A stretch of DNA of 64,000 bases from Candidatus Micrarchaeota archaeon (GCA_041305345.1 JBFYLP010000002.1:151480-215479), one strand, 5' to 3'. Shown: positions 43,461 to 53,324, counted from the stretch's first letter. Notes: generated by a model from the sequence alone, not told the origin. Numbers and translations: made by a program.

Positions 43461-43781
43461 ATGCAAGTTACGTACCTTGGCGACATGGTTTACAGCTCGG
43501 ATTTCCTCTTCGCCCTCCTCATATTGACCATTGCAATCTGGCTCGTATTGAAGTTCCTATTCAATTTCGATTCGATGAACCACGCGCTGGTGTTTGCGAT
43601 CCTCGCGATGGTGATGCTGCCCTTCATTTTCACAGCTACGCAGATTTGGACTTCATTTTTCGTGGTTCTCATACTCGGAGGACTTGCGATATCGCAGGCA
43701 TACAAATGGCCAATAGGAACAAGCATCCTTATGTGCTTCATCGCATTGATCGCGGCTTCGATTCTGCTTCCCGCGCTTTAG
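43461..43781 (+). CDS. small membrane protein, paralog B
   Basis: LLILTIAIWLVLKFLFNFDSMNHALVFAILAMVMLPFIFTA...LGGLAISQAYKW...IALIAASILLPAL is clearly homologous to paralog C. Start taken at MQVTYLGD. Confidence 0.45.
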   Translation: MQVTYLGDMVYSSDFLFALLILTIAIWLVLKFLFNFDSMNHALVFAILAMVMLPFIFTATQIWTSFFVVLILGGLAISQAYKWPIGTSILMCFIALIAASILLPAL

Positions 43782-43790
43782 GTGGAATGA

Positions 43791-44114
43791 ATGGACGCGT
43801 ATTACCTCTCGGAGATTTTCTTCAACCAGGGATTCCTCCTAGGCTACATTTTCCTCACGATGCTCATATGGATTTTCCTTAGGACCGGGTTCGACTATGA
43901 CAATTTCGGCCAGGCGGCAATCATCGCATTGGTGGGGATAATTTTCATGCCTTCGATTGTAGCGGCAATGAGCCAAAGCGGCTCCGCATTCCTTTTAATC
44001 CTGCTCCTTTTAGGCTTGGCAATATCGAGCTCGTATGGCTGGAACCTGTCGGCAACGATGCTGATATTGGTGCTCGCTGTTTATTCAGCTGCGATGATTT
44101 TGCCTCGGCTTTAA
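43791..44114 (+). CDS. small membrane protein, paralog C
   Basis: IFLTMLIWIFLRTGFDYDNFGQAAIIALVGIIFMPSIVAA...LGLAISSSYGWN...LAVYSAAMILPRL. Confidence 0.45.
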   Translation: MDAYYLSEIFFNQGFLLGYIFLTMLIWIFLRTGFDYDNFGQAAIIALVGIIFMPSIVAAMSQSGSAFLLILLLLGLAISSSYGWNLSATMLILVLAVYSAAMILPRL

Positions 44115-44252
44115 GGGGATGTTGAAGCCAAATCGTAGGTGCGGAATTGCCCAAAAAAGGCAGGAAACCAACCATTTTTCCAAAAAGGAGGCAGAACAAT
44201 AGGCTTTTTAAGCTATTCTGGAATAAAAAATAACTCTCTGGAAGGGATGCAT

Positions 44253-44378
44253 ATGTACAAATGTGGAAGGTGCGGGAAGGAATTCAGCGAGCTTGAGTTC
44301 ACAAGATGCGTTTCTTGCGACAACAAGATCTTGTATAAGGTCACTCCGCCAATCGTGCACAAGGTGAATGCAGATTAG
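44253..44378 (+). CDS. rpoP: DNA-directed RNA polymerase subunit P (RpoP/Rpb12-like zinc ribbon)
   Basis: MYKCGRCGKEFSELEFTRCVSCDNKILYKVTPP has the CxxC...CxxC spacing and flanking residues typical of archaeal RpoP. A-rich TATA-like element sits ~28 nt upstream. Confidence 0.6.
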   Translation: MYKCGRCGKEFSELEFTRCVSCDNKILYKVTPPIVHKVNAD

Positions 44379-44475
44379 TTTATCGATTGGGGAGGATTCG
44401 GAAAAGAGCGATTGCCAAGTGGCTTTTTTCTTCAAGAACTAGGGCATATTGCGCTTATTTGATTGAAGTGGGATT

Positions 44476-45444
44476 ATGGGAGACAAGGGACCCCGCAGGG
44501 GATCGGTTGCGTACTGGCACAGGAAGCGTGCATCGAGCCTAGTCCCAAGGGTGCGCGCGTGGGCAGGAGGCGGCAAGGGCTTGCAGGGCTTCCTTGCATA
44601 CAAGGCGGGGATGGGCCAGGTAATGATGATCGAGGATTCGGAATCGCCTTTCAAAAACCAGGAGGTTGTGAAGGCAGCAACCGTACTCGAGGTTCCGCCG
44701 GTTTACGTTTATGCCGTCACTGCATATGAAAATTCGGAAACGGGCCTTAGAAAAATTGCAGAGATACCTGCATTCAATGCCCCAAAGCAGCTGAAACGCA
44801 CGCTTACCCTTGCGAAAAAATCAAAGATGAAGCTGGAGGAGCTCAAGGCCGGGGCGCTAGCTGATGTGCGCGTGATCGTTTCTGCGCAGCCCTGGAAAGC
44901 CGACCTGAAGAAGACGCCCGAGGTGGCGGAGATTGGGATTGCCGGAAAGGATGCCAGTGAAAAGCTTGCGTATGCAAAGGAGGTCCTTGGGAGGGAACTT
45001 GTGGCATCGGACGTATTCGTCGATGGCGATTTCGTGGATGTTATTGCCGTTACTAAAGGGAAAGGCTGGCAGGGAATAGTGAAAAGATTCGGTGTTGCTT
45101 TGGGGCCAAGGAAGGCAACACAGAGGAGAAGGCACGGCGGCTCAATTGGGCCCGAAACGCAGGCAAAGGTCATGTACACCATTCCACGCGCAGGCCAGAT
45201 GGGTTTCCATAGGAGGACCGATTCCAACAAGCGCATATTGCAAATCGGGGATCCTTCAATAGTCAAGGGAATTGCGCCGGCAGCTGGCTTCGAGGGATAC
45301 GGCGTCGTAAAGGCCGAGTTCCTGCTGGTAGAGGGCAGTGTTCCCGGGCCGGAGAAAAGGGCAATGATCGTAAGGAAGAATTTCGAAGGGAAGGCTGCGA
45401 AGAAGCCCGATGTCCGGAAGTTGCTCTTCAATGCGAAGGAGTGA
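44476..45444 (+). CDS. rpl3: 50S ribosomal protein uL3
   Basis: MGDKGPRRGSVAYWHRKRA... N-terminus plus conserved W/G-rich core. Standard position at the head of the operon. Confidence 0.95.
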   Translation: MGDKGPRRGSVAYWHRKRASSLVPRVRAWAGGGKGLQGFLAYKAGMGQVMMIEDSESPFKNQEVVKAATVLEVPPVYVYAVTAYENSETGLRKIAEIPAFNAPKQLKRTLTLAKKSKMKLEELKAGALADVRVIVSAQPWKADLKKTPEVAEIGIAGKDASEKLAYAKEVLGRELVASDVFVDGDFVDVIAVTKGKGWQGIVKRFGVALGPRKATQRRRHGGSIGPETQAKVMYTIPRAGQMGFHRRTDSNKRILQIGDPSIVKGIAPAAGFEGYGVVKAEFLLVEGSVPGPEKRAMIVRKNFEGKAAKKPDVRKLLFNAKE

Positions 45445-45492
45445 ACTCGTGCAATCCGCTGAATTGGGTTGCAATTATAATTCATAGGAAAG

Positions 45493-46305
45493 TTGGTAAA
45501 AATGCAGGCAAAGGTTTTTGATCTGGAAGGAAAGGAATTGAGGCAGGTAGGCCTCCCGCCCCAGTTCGATTGCGAGCTAAGGCCGGATTTGGTTAGGCGC
45601 GCGTTCCTATCCGAGAGGAGCTACTTCCTGCAGCCAAAGGGCGTATACCCCCGCGCAGGCCTTGAGAATACCGCGGAATACTACGGAAGGAGGCACGCTT
45701 GGAGGCAAACGATCAACACCGGAAGGAGCAGGCTGCCAAGGGAAAAGCTTCCCGGCGGAAGGAGCGGAAGGGTGCTTAGGGTTCCGCACGCGGTGAAGGG
45801 AAGGAGGGCACATCCGCCAAAGCCGCAAACGCGAATAATTGAGAGGATCAACCTGAAGGAAAAATTCTTTGCAATAAGAAGCGCAATTGCCGCAACGGCA
45901 AAATCGGAAATGGTGGCAGCAAGGGGCCACATCCTCGATGGTGCGGTGATTCCTTGCATCGTCGATAATTCTTTGGAGGGAGTAAAGAAGGCGAAGGCTG
46001 CGCGTGAGATACTTGGGAAATTGGGCGTAGGGAAGGACCTTGAACGTGCTGCGGTTCGGAGGAAGATGAGGAGCGGAAGGGCAAGGCTTCGGAAGGGAGG
46101 GTACATAACCCCAAAAAGCGTCCTGATCGTTGTTGGGAAGGATGAGGGCATATGGAAGGCGGCACGCAACATTCCCGGAGTCGACGTGTGCATCGTTGGA
46201 AAATTGACAGCTGAGCTGCTAGCTCCTGGCGGGAATGCTGGAAGGCTGACGATATGGACCGAGGGAGCGGTCCAAAAAATGCAGGCCGAAGGCCTATATA
46301 TGTGA
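45493..46305 (+). CDS. rpl4: 50S ribosomal protein uL4
   Basis: KVFDLEGKELRQVGLP...FLSERSYFLQPKGV is the uL4 pattern. Operon position. Confidence 0.9.
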   Translation: MVKMQAKVFDLEGKELRQVGLPPQFDCELRPDLVRRAFLSERSYFLQPKGVYPRAGLENTAEYYGRRHAWRQTINTGRSRLPREKLPGGRSGRVLRVPHAVKGRRAHPPKPQTRIIERINLKEKFFAIRSAIAATAKSEMVAARGHILDGAVIPCIVDNSLEGVKKAKAAREILGKLGVGKDLERAAVRRKMRSGRARLRKGGYITPKSVLIVVGKDEGIWKAARNIPGVDVCIVGKLTAELLAPGGNAGRLTIWTEGAVQKMQAEGLYM

Positions 46306-46310
46306 TAAGA

Positions 46311-46559
46311 ATGGCAATACTTTACGCTTTGACAACCGAAAAATCAGTGGCAATGATCGAGAAGGAGAACAAGCTCACGTTCATCGTGGAGCGCTCGGAT
46401 ACGAAGAAGACGGTGGCGGCGGACCTGCTTAAGAATTTCAATGAAAAGGTAAGGGAGGTCCGGATGATCAACGCTTTCTCCGGAAAGAAGAAGGCGATTG
46501 TAAAGTTTGAAAGGAAGGGTGCGGCACCCGACGTGGCTGCAAAACTGAAACTCATCTAA
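46311..46559 (+). CDS. rpl23: 50S ribosomal protein uL23
   Basis: MAILYALTTEKSVAMIEKENKLTFIVERSDTKKTV... Operon position. The ORF table starts at 46254 inside uL4. Confidence 0.9.
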   Translation: MAILYALTTEKSVAMIEKENKLTFIVERSDTKKTVAADLLKNFNEKVREVRMINAFSGKKKAIVKFERKGAAPDVAAKLKLI

Positions 46560-46568
46560 GTGATTTTA

Positions 46569-47318
46569 ATGGGAACTCATCTGGTCGTTCAAAAAAGGGG
46601 GCGCGGAGGCCCGGCATACAGGGCGCCCACCCACAGGTACGTATCCGATGCGAAATACCCAAGGATGAAGGCGGAGAAGATGCGCGCGGAAGTAATTGGA
46701 TTCGTGCAGGATCCCTCGAAGGACGTATTGCTTGCAAGGCTTTTGCTCGATGACAAGAGGAACGCCTACATTATTGCAGCCGAGGGCCTAAGGAGGGGGC
46801 ACATCATCGAATTTGGGAAGGGCGCGGCAATCAACATCGGCAACATCACAACCCTAGAAAACGTGCCGGATTCCTCGGTTGCATACAACGTCGAGCTCCA
46901 GCCATTCGATGGCGGAAGGCTTGCAAGGGCGGGGGGGGCATTCGTATCCGTTGTATCGCACGACGAGGATACCGGGCTTGTGGAAGTGCAGCTTCCATCA
47001 AAGAAGACGGTAATGCTAGACAAGGATTGCTTTGCCACTTTGGGAATTGCCAGCGGCGGGGGAAGGACGGAAAAACCGCTGAAAAAGGCGGGCACAGCAT
47101 TCTACAAATGGCATTCCAGGAACAAGTACTGGCCAATTGTAAGAGGAGGCGCAATGAGCGCGTACGACCATCCTCACGGAGGCAAGAGCTTCGGGAAGAG
47201 CTCGATGGTAAGGCGCGGAACCCCTGCTGGCAAATATGTCGGGCACCGCGCAGCAAGCAGGACCGGCAGGAGGGTGGGCAAGGAGGACAAGGCTAAGGAA
47301 ACCGGGAAGAAGCAATAA
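46569..47318 (+). CDS. rpl2: 50S ribosomal protein uL2
   Basis: MGTHLVVQKRGRGGPAYRAPTHRY...HPHGGGEG-like GAMSAYDHPHGGKSFGK. Confidence 0.95.
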   Translation: MGTHLVVQKRGRGGPAYRAPTHRYVSDAKYPRMKAEKMRAEVIGFVQDPSKDVLLARLLLDDKRNAYIIAAEGLRRGHIIEFGKGAAINIGNITTLENVPDSSVAYNVELQPFDGGRLARAGGAFVSVVSHDEDTGLVEVQLPSKKTVMLDKDCFATLGIASGGGRTEKPLKKAGTAFYKWHSRNKYWPIVRGGAMSAYDHPHGGKSFGKSSMVRRGTPAGKYVGHRAASRTGRRVGKEDKAKETGKKQ

Positions 47319-47329
47319 TGGTGAAATGA

Positions 47330-47713
47330 ATGGTCAAGAAATTCCTTTTCAAGGGGCTAGAATCCGAGGAGCTAAAAAGGCTCCCCTTGGATAAATTCAT
47401 CCCGCTGATACCAACCAAGATGCGCCGGAGCATCAGGCGGATGGCAACAAAGATGAAGAAGTTCATAACAAAGCTTAGGACAAGCGACCCAAAAAAGCCC
47501 ATAAGGACGCAAATGAGGGAAATGGTCGTCATCCCCGAAATGATCGATCGGCAATTCCAGGTGCATAACGGGAAGGACTACATGATCGTTGTCGTGACGC
47601 CGCAGATGCTTGGGAAGCGTCTTGGCGATTTTTCCATTCCAATCAAGCTGGTCAAGCATTCCGGACCTGGAATCGGCGCAACAAGGGGTTCGAAGTCAGT
47701 TGAACTTAAGTGA
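47330..47713 (+). CDS. rps19: 30S ribosomal protein uS19
   Basis: HNGKDYMIVVVTPQMLGKRLGDFSIPIKLVKHSGPGIGATRGS. Confidence 0.95.
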   Translation: MVKKFLFKGLESEELKRLPLDKFIPLIPTKMRRSIRRMATKMKKFITKLRTSDPKKPIRTQMREMVVIPEMIDRQFQVHNGKDYMIVVVTPQMLGKRLGDFSIPIKLVKHSGPGIGATRGSKSVELK

Positions 47714-47719
47714 GTACCT

Positions 47720-48271
47720 ATGGGTTTGTATAAATTTTCTTTCAAAGTGAAGGACGAGAGGGAGGTTGCAAGGGCGCAGGCGTACGACATGGACGCAAGC
47801 TACAAGGACCTATCCAACGTGCTGGCCGCAATCAAGGGGAAGACAGTTGGGAAAGCCGAGGCGGTCCTCAACGATTGCATAAAGATGAAAAAGGCAATCC
47901 CGTACCGGAAATTCAACAAGCACCTTGGCCATAGGGGCGAGCTTGGCGGCAGGAAGGGCAGGTATCCAAGGAAGGAGGCAAAGATCGCATTGACGCTGCT
48001 CAAAAGCGCGGAAGGGAATGCGAATTTCAAGGGGCTCGATGCTAGCGTGCTCATTGTAAGGCAGGCTGCGGCATACAAGCAGAATGTGATGAGGAGGTAC
48101 AGGCAGCATTTCGGTTCTTCGATCACGCTCGGATACGGGAAGCAGGCGATCTGGGCAAATTACGAGACGTGCCGCGCGGAAATCGTGCTGGCAAAGGGAA
48201 GCGCTCGGGACCTTGCAAGGATGGCAAAGGCCCAAGGGAAAGAGAAGCAGAAAACCAAGACAAAGAAATGA
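47720..48271 (+). CDS. rpl22: 50S ribosomal protein uL22
   Basis: uL22 fold pattern plus a K-rich C-terminal tail. Operon position. Confidence 0.9.
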   Translation: MGLYKFSFKVKDEREVARAQAYDMDASYKDLSNVLAAIKGKTVGKAEAVLNDCIKMKKAIPYRKFNKHLGHRGELGGRKGRYPRKEAKIALTLLKSAEGNANFKGLDASVLIVRQAAAYKQNVMRRYRQHFGSSITLGYGKQAIWANYETCRAEIVLAKGSARDLARMAKAQGKEKQKTKTKK

Positions 48272-48298
48272 TCTTTTTTGCATTGAGAGGTAGATACG

Positions 48299-49183
48299 GT
48301 GGCAACTGAAAAGAAATTCCTGGCAAAATCGCTAAACGACCTCCTGATAAAGGGGTACCTGGAAGGCGAGCTGAAGAATGCTGGCGTCTCAAGCATCGTG
48401 ATACAAAAGACCCCCCTGGCAACAAGGATTGCAATCAGGGTGAAGAAGCCCTCGCTCGTGATTGGGAAGAAGGGCGCAACCGTAAAGAACATCACCGAGA
48501 AGTTGGAAAAGGATTTCGGGATCGATAATCCCCAGCTGGACATCATCGAGGTCGAGAATGCAAGCCTGGATGCGAAATTGGTCGCCGAAAGGATCTCAAG
48601 GCAGATCGAGATCGAAGGCAACATCAAGCAGATAATGCGCATGAACCTAAGGGACGTGATTGAGGCCGGGGGCGTGGGAGTCGAGATCCAGGTTTCCGGC
48701 AAGGTCGTTGGAAAAGGCGGGAAGGCAAAGGCAATACGGGTTCGCAGCGGCTTTCTTAAGAAGGCGGGCGACCTGCTAAAATTGATCGACAAGGGAACCA
48801 GCACCGCATACCTGAAGGCAGGTGCAATTGGGGTAACGGTGAAGATCGTAAGGCCGGGCACGGTATTTCCCGATGCAATAAGCATCGACTACGCGAGCCT
48901 TGCAACTACCAAATTCGAGGAGCCAACAGGCGAGAAAACGGAAGAGCAGAAGGCACTGGATGAGGCCGAGAGGAAATTGAGGGAGAAGATCGAGCAGGCA
49001 AAACGGGAGGCAAAGGAGAAGGCGCAGAAAAGGAAGAAGTTCACAAGGCCTATCAAGAAGAAACCGGCCTATGAAGCGGAGAACCTGATCAAGAGTGCGG
49101 AAGTGGGCGAAAATCTGCAAAAGAAAGCGGCTAGCACTGCGCCCGCGCAACCTGCTGAGTCAACCCCCGCAGAAGGTAAATGA
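48299..49183 (+). CDS. rps3: 30S ribosomal protein uS3
   Basis: KH domain IAIRVKKPSLVIGKKGATVKNITEKLEK, uS3 C-domain, K/E-rich C-terminal extension. GTG start. Confidence 0.95.
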   Translation: MATEKKFLAKSLNDLLIKGYLEGELKNAGVSSIVIQKTPLATRIAIRVKKPSLVIGKKGATVKNITEKLEKDFGIDNPQLDIIEVENASLDAKLVAERISRQIEIEGNIKQIMRMNLRDVIEAGGVGVEIQVSGKVVGKGGKAKAIRVRSGFLKKAGDLLKLIDKGTSTAYLKAGAIGVTVKIVRPGTVFPDAISIDYASLATTKFEEPTGEKTEEQKALDEAERKLREKIEQAKREAKEKAQKRKKFTRPIKKKPAYEAENLIKSAEVGENLQKKAASTAPAQPAESTPAEGK

Positions 49184-49215
49184 AAGCAATATTTTAGTTA
49201 CACCATCGTGATGTT

Positions 49216-49419
49216 ATGGCAATAATTAAGAAGAATGAACTAAAGCAGATGAGCGTGGAGGACCTCAAGAACAAGCTCAAAGAGGTCGAGATCTCTTTCA
49301 TTGAGGAGAGGGCCAACATCAAGTCCGGAAAACGGCAAAAGCAGATCAAGTACAAGCCCCTGCGGAAACTGAGAGCGCGCATAAAGACGCTGCTTTCCCA
49401 GAAGGGGGTTAGGCTTTAA
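49216..49419 (+). CDS. rpl29: 50S ribosomal protein uL29
   Basis: MAIIKKNELKQMSVEDLKNKLKEVEISFIEERANIKSG. Confidence 0.9.
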   Translation: MAIIKKNELKQMSVEDLKNKLKEVEISFIEERANIKSGKRQKQIKYKPLRKLRARIKTLLSQKGVRL

Positions 49420-49487
49420 GGACGGCAACCAAAACTATTTAAATCGGCAGGCCTTAAGGAAGGTACGATTCAAAGAGGAACGAACTG

Positions 49488-49793
49488 ATGTCTGCAATCT
49501 GTCAGATTTGTGGCTTGCCTAAAGAGATCTGCGCATGCCAAACCATAGGAAAGGAATCCGTTGCCCAAATCAGGGTATATACCACCAAATCCCGCTACCA
49601 AAAGCTTGTCACCATAGTGGAGGGTTTGAAGGGCGGGGAGCTTGCCAGCGCTACCAAGGAACTTAAGCATAAGCTTGCGTGCGGCGGTACTCAAAAGGAG
49701 GGCCTCATCGTCCTGCAGGGCAACCACAAGGAGAAAACGGTCGAATACCTAATTAAACTGGGGTACCAAAGGGACATCATAAAGGTTGGCTGA
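49488..49793 (+). CDS. translation initiation factor aSUI1 (eIF1 homolog)
   Basis: N-terminal zinc-ribbon-like CQICGLPKEICAC plus SUI1 core IRVYTTKSRYQKLVTIVEGL...KLACGGT. Confidence 0.85.
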   Translation: MSAICQICGLPKEICACQTIGKESVAQIRVYTTKSRYQKLVTIVEGLKGGELASATKELKHKLACGGTQKEGLIVLQGNHKEKTVEYLIKLGYQRDIIKVG

Positions 49794-49807
49794 TTTTTTC
49801 CCCAAAA

Positions 49808-51334
49808 CTATTTCTTCCTAATCAAGCCCTTAGTTGCATCGACATCAACCAGGTCCCCATCCTTGAGCGCCTTCGTTGCAATTTTTGTGCCGATGACGCA
49901 GGGAATCTTCATCTCCCTGCTTACGATCGCTGCATGGCAGGTGACACCGCCCTCATCCGTGATTATCGCAGCCGCCTTTTTCATCGCAGGCACGATGTTC
50001 GGGTTGGTTGCCATCGAAACCAGGATGTCGCCCTTGTTCATTTTGGGCATATCCCCCGCCTTCCCGATTATTTTCACTATGCCGGAAGCATGGCCCGGGT
50101 ATGCGGGCGTGCCCTTCAATTCCTTCAAATCAGCCGATACCTCCTCAAAAACGACCAGTTTGGAATATTTTTCAGCTTCCGCCCCATCCAAAATCCTAAT
50201 GCCATCATCGAAAGGCAAAATCACATTATGCTTGATGCGTGAATTCAGCAATGGGACATTTGCGCTTCCGTTATTGAGCCATTCCCTCAGCTCAATATTG
50301 CTTGCATGCCTAACCTGCTTGGGAGAAAGCGAAAGCCGGAAGGCAAATTCCCTGAGTAGCCCATCACTATTCCTCGAGCCAATGAAAACCGTATCCTTTC
50401 GCAACCCCTTGAGGTAGGAGAATGAGCGCGCAACAAGCGCCCAGTGGTTGTGCTCTTTAAGGAAATGAAGTTTCTTACCTATTTCCGCCTGCTTATCCTT
50501 GATCTCTGCAGAATGCCGCAACAATACCTCTTTTTTCCGCCTTCCATCCGCTCCCTGCTTCAACTCGCTCCGAAGGAGGTCGCAGAAAAAGCGATCATCG
50601 GCAAGGTCGGGGCCGTCATAATGGAAATTGATCCAGTCGTACTTTCGAACTTGTTCCTCGAGCATTTTGCTTATCATCGGTAGTTTGTTCAATTTTGGGA
50701 TTATCGCATCCAATTCTCCGGAAAATACGCGTTTTGCCTCGGGCGATTTCTGGATTTTTTCGAGGATGCCATAAAAATCCACCTCCTGCTGCTGCATGAA
50801 GGACCTTTCAAGCGGGGTGCCAAGGATGCCAAATGCCTCGCCTGCGGAAATGTCGCAGTCGGATTCCTCGATTTTTTCCTCCAGGAATTTCATTATCCGA
50901 TCCGTAAGCAAAAAATGGCCGAAATCCGAGAGGTTGACGATGTCGCCCCAGGCGTTCATCCATTCCCATTTTTCAATCAGCGAATCGTACAAATCGCATA
51001 ATTGCATATCGGGAATCTTTTTCAAATCCGTTTCCCGCAATTTTTGTGAAAAGTCCCTGACCGCCCTGGCGGAACTTACCTGCCCTTCGTATGTTTTCCT
51101 TAGGAAAGCGGGTTCTTCAAGCATTTTCAGTATCTCTTTCCCAAGCCGATCCCACTTGGCCTCCCCGCCTTCGATTGCCGCGCAAAAATACCAATGCGTA
51201 TCGCGCATGTCGAGGAGGAGGGTGTCGTTGCTGATTCCAAGTATTTCCTTAAGCCGAAGAGCGCCTTTCAGGTAGCATATCCCGTGCACATACGGGGAGC
51301 CGTGGTCCTCTGCGAACTTCTTCCATTTCCTCAT
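49808..51334 (-). CDS. PEP-utilizing-enzyme mobile (swivel phospho-His) domain protein with ~420-aa uncharacterized N-terminal domain
   Basis: C-terminus GDILVSMATNPNIVPAMKKAAAIITDEGGVTCHAAIVSREMKIPCVIGT matches the PEP-utilizers domain, including the conserved His. No ATP-grasp in this protein. Confidence 0.7.
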   Translation of the reverse strand: MRKWKKFAEDHGSPYVHGICYLKGALRLKEILGISNDTLLLDMRDTHWYFCAAIEGGEAKWDRLGKEILKMLEEPAFLRKTYEGQVSSARAVRDFSQKLRETDLKKIPDMQLCDLYDSLIEKWEWMNAWGDIVNLSDFGHFLLTDRIMKFLEEKIEESDCDISAGEAFGILGTPLERSFMQQQEVDFYGILEKIQKSPEAKRVFSGELDAIIPKLNKLPMISKMLEEQVRKYDWINFHYDGPDLADDRFFCDLLRSELKQGADGRRKKEVLLRHSAEIKDKQAEIGKKLHFLKEHNHWALVARSFSYLKGLRKDTVFIGSRNSDGLLREFAFRLSLSPKQVRHASNIELREWLNNGSANVPLLNSRIKHNVILPFDDGIRILDGAEAEKYSKLVVFEEVSADLKELKGTPAYPGHASGIVKIIGKAGDMPKMNKGDILVSMATNPNIVPAMKKAAAIITDEGGVTCHAAIVSREMKIPCVIGTKIATKALKDGDLVDVDATKGLIRKK

Positions 51335-51538
51335 GTGTAAACCTCCCTACAAAGAAACCCATTACGGGCTTATAATTTTATGGAAACATCGGGATTCCAT
51401 CGGATGGCAGGTCCTTGCCAAATATCCCTCCAATCAACAGCAATCCGAAAACCATTTGTAGCAATTCCATTTCAACCCCCCCGTCATAATGATTATGGGG
51501 GAATCCGTATTAACGGATTTAGCCGGCATGTGCCGGTT

Positions 51539-52207
51539 TTAGATGTTCCCGGCAATTTGGCTAAAAACCTGTGAAAATACGCGGGCTTCCGCTTTCCGAA
51601 GGTGCTCCTGCAGGGTTGAGCGCGGAATCTTGAGCTTCCTTGCGAGCTCCTCAACAGAAATCTCCCTCGGGTAGGAGTAATAGCCGTATTTGAAGGCGGA
51701 ATCAATTGCGTGTTTCTGCAGGGCCGTGAGGTTGGTGAAGAGCGCAGGCGTGAAGAAATTCAGGGGCATCTGCTTTAATGAAAGCATCCCGATTTTGGCC
51801 TTCAGCCCGACTTTCCTTATGTTATGGTATAGCCTCGTCAGATGCGCCTTATCCATTGCAGCCAGCGTCCAATACTCCCAGCCGCCTTTTGCATAGATTG
51901 GCTTCAAGAAAAAGACCGTCTTGTCGAGGAGTAGGTGGTGGAATGAATAATTCGAGGGGACGCGGTAAAATATCTGGTCGTTTTCAACTTTTATGATTTG
52001 CATCCGCTCGTCATTCTTGGCAAGCCTTAGCAACTTTTCCTTTTCCTTCCCGTAGACCATGCACACCTTGAACATGTACTCGCGGCCATCCTCCTCGTAG
52101 GAATTGAGGTAATAGATAGAAATCGAGGCGTCGTACAGGCGCGTGAGCTCCAAAAGCGCCGATCCCTGGTGCCACACCTTGAATTCAGCGACCCACATGC
52201 GTTTCAA
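51539..52207 (-). CDS. HTH_10 (bacterio-opsin-activator-type HTH) domain transcriptional regulator
   Basis: C-terminal ISVEELARKLKIPRSTLQEHLRKAEARVFSQV is typical of archaeal HTH_10. Confidence 0.55.
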   Translation of the reverse strand: MKRMWVAEFKVWHQGSALLELTRLYDASISIYYLNSYEEDGREYMFKVCMVYGKEKEKLLRLAKNDERMQIIKVENDQIFYRVPSNYSFHHLLLDKTVFFLKPIYAKGGWEYWTLAAMDKAHLTRLYHNIRKVGLKAKIGMLSLKQMPLNFFTPALFTNLTALQKHAIDSAFKYGYYSYPREISVEELARKLKIPRSTLQEHLRKAEARVFSQVFSQIAGNI

Positions 52208-52337
52208 CCTCCATCGGAAAGGATCATCAAAATGCCTTGTTCATCCAAATAAATTCCGTACAAGCGAAATTAGCTAAACGGGGAAAGGTTCATTGATGGA
52301 ACGCGCGCGATCACAATTTGGAATGGCATTCCCAGTG

Positions 52338-52715
52338 TCATACTCTCCGGAAAAGTTTTACCACTGCCCTGGAAAGAGGCCCGGCATTATTCCGGAGGAG
52401 AGACCGATATTTGGCCCCCTTTTCGGTAAGGCAATATTGATCGACGATTTTTATATCGCCTTTTTGAGCCTTGGCCATTTCCGTAATTCCGGGAATGCCC
52501 AATTTGGAACCGATATGATTGACTTTCCTTGAGAATTCCTTGGATCGCATTGCCTTGAGCGTTTGGGCCCTAGTGGCAACCCTGCTTTTGTTGATGAGCC
52601 CCTTTTCAAGGAGGATATCGAGGGTTTCCCTAGGCGCATCACTCGTTCTCCATGCATCGGTCCGTAGGTTTTCCAACGCAACATATCTTGCCAATTTTTT
52701 TGGTGGAAGGCCCAT
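52338..52715 (-). CDS. hypothetical protein (possible DNA-binding, basic)
   Basis: 125-aa ORF, same strand and tightly spaced with flanking genes. No recognisable motif. Confidence 0.3.
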   Translation of the reverse strand: MGLPPKKLARYVALENLRTDAWRTSDAPRETLDILLEKGLINKSRVATRAQTLKAMRSKEFSRKVNHIGSKLGIPGITEMAKAQKGDIKIVDQYCLTEKGAKYRSLLRNNAGPLSRAVVKLFRRV

Positions 52716-52727
52716 TTTTCATGCACC

Positions 52728-53324
52728 CTACTGCAACCTATAACCGAGTTTTAATAGCTCCTTCTCGCACTGCTCCAGGCTCTGGAAATGCACCGTTTTC
52801 ATCCCGATGGTTGTGGCTCCAGCAAGGTTCTCGGCGGTGTCATCGACCATGACCGCATTTTTGGGGCTAACCCAAACGCGCCTGCAAATCTCGCGGTATG
52901 CCTGGCCGTCGGGTTTCTTCATCCCGATTATGCTTGAGGCGAATTCGAAATCAAACAACGTGGCAAGGCCAAACCGCCTTGAGAAGGGCTCGTGCGCCTC
53001 CCAGTTGTTGTTGGTGAACAGCACAACCTTATTGTTTTTCTTGAGGCGGCTTATCAGGTTGCGCATCCCCCTCCTTTCCTGGATGGTGCCTTTGTAGTAT
53101 TCATCGGCGTCGCCTGCAGTAAACACCCCGACGAAATCGAAAATCACCGCCTTTGGGAAGAAGATGAGTTTGAAATATGGGTAGATGAGCAGAACCAGCA
53201 GATAGGCGATCACAAGCCAAAGCGAGAGGTTGTTCAAATTGCTTATATCAACCCAATCCACAGCAAGGAACAGCACGTAGAGGATGGCCGTGAGCACGGT
53301 TGTCCAATAGTCGCTACGGAACAT
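52728..53324 (-). CDS. HAD-superfamily phosphatase with N-terminal membrane anchor
   Basis: N-terminal 2 TM. HAD motif I AVIFDFVGVFT (DxD-like D-F-V-G), motif III/IV K...VMVDDTAENL. Confidence 0.55.
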   Translation of the reverse strand: MFRSDYWTTVLTAILYVLFLAVDWVDISNLNNLSLWLVIAYLLVLLIYPYFKLIFFPKAVIFDFVGVFTAGDADEYYKGTIQERRGMRNLISRLKKNNKVVLFTNNNWEAHEPFSRRFGLATLFDFEFASSIIGMKKPDGQAYREICRRVWVSPKNAVMVDDTAENLAGATTIGMKTVHFQSLEQCEKELLKLGYRLQ

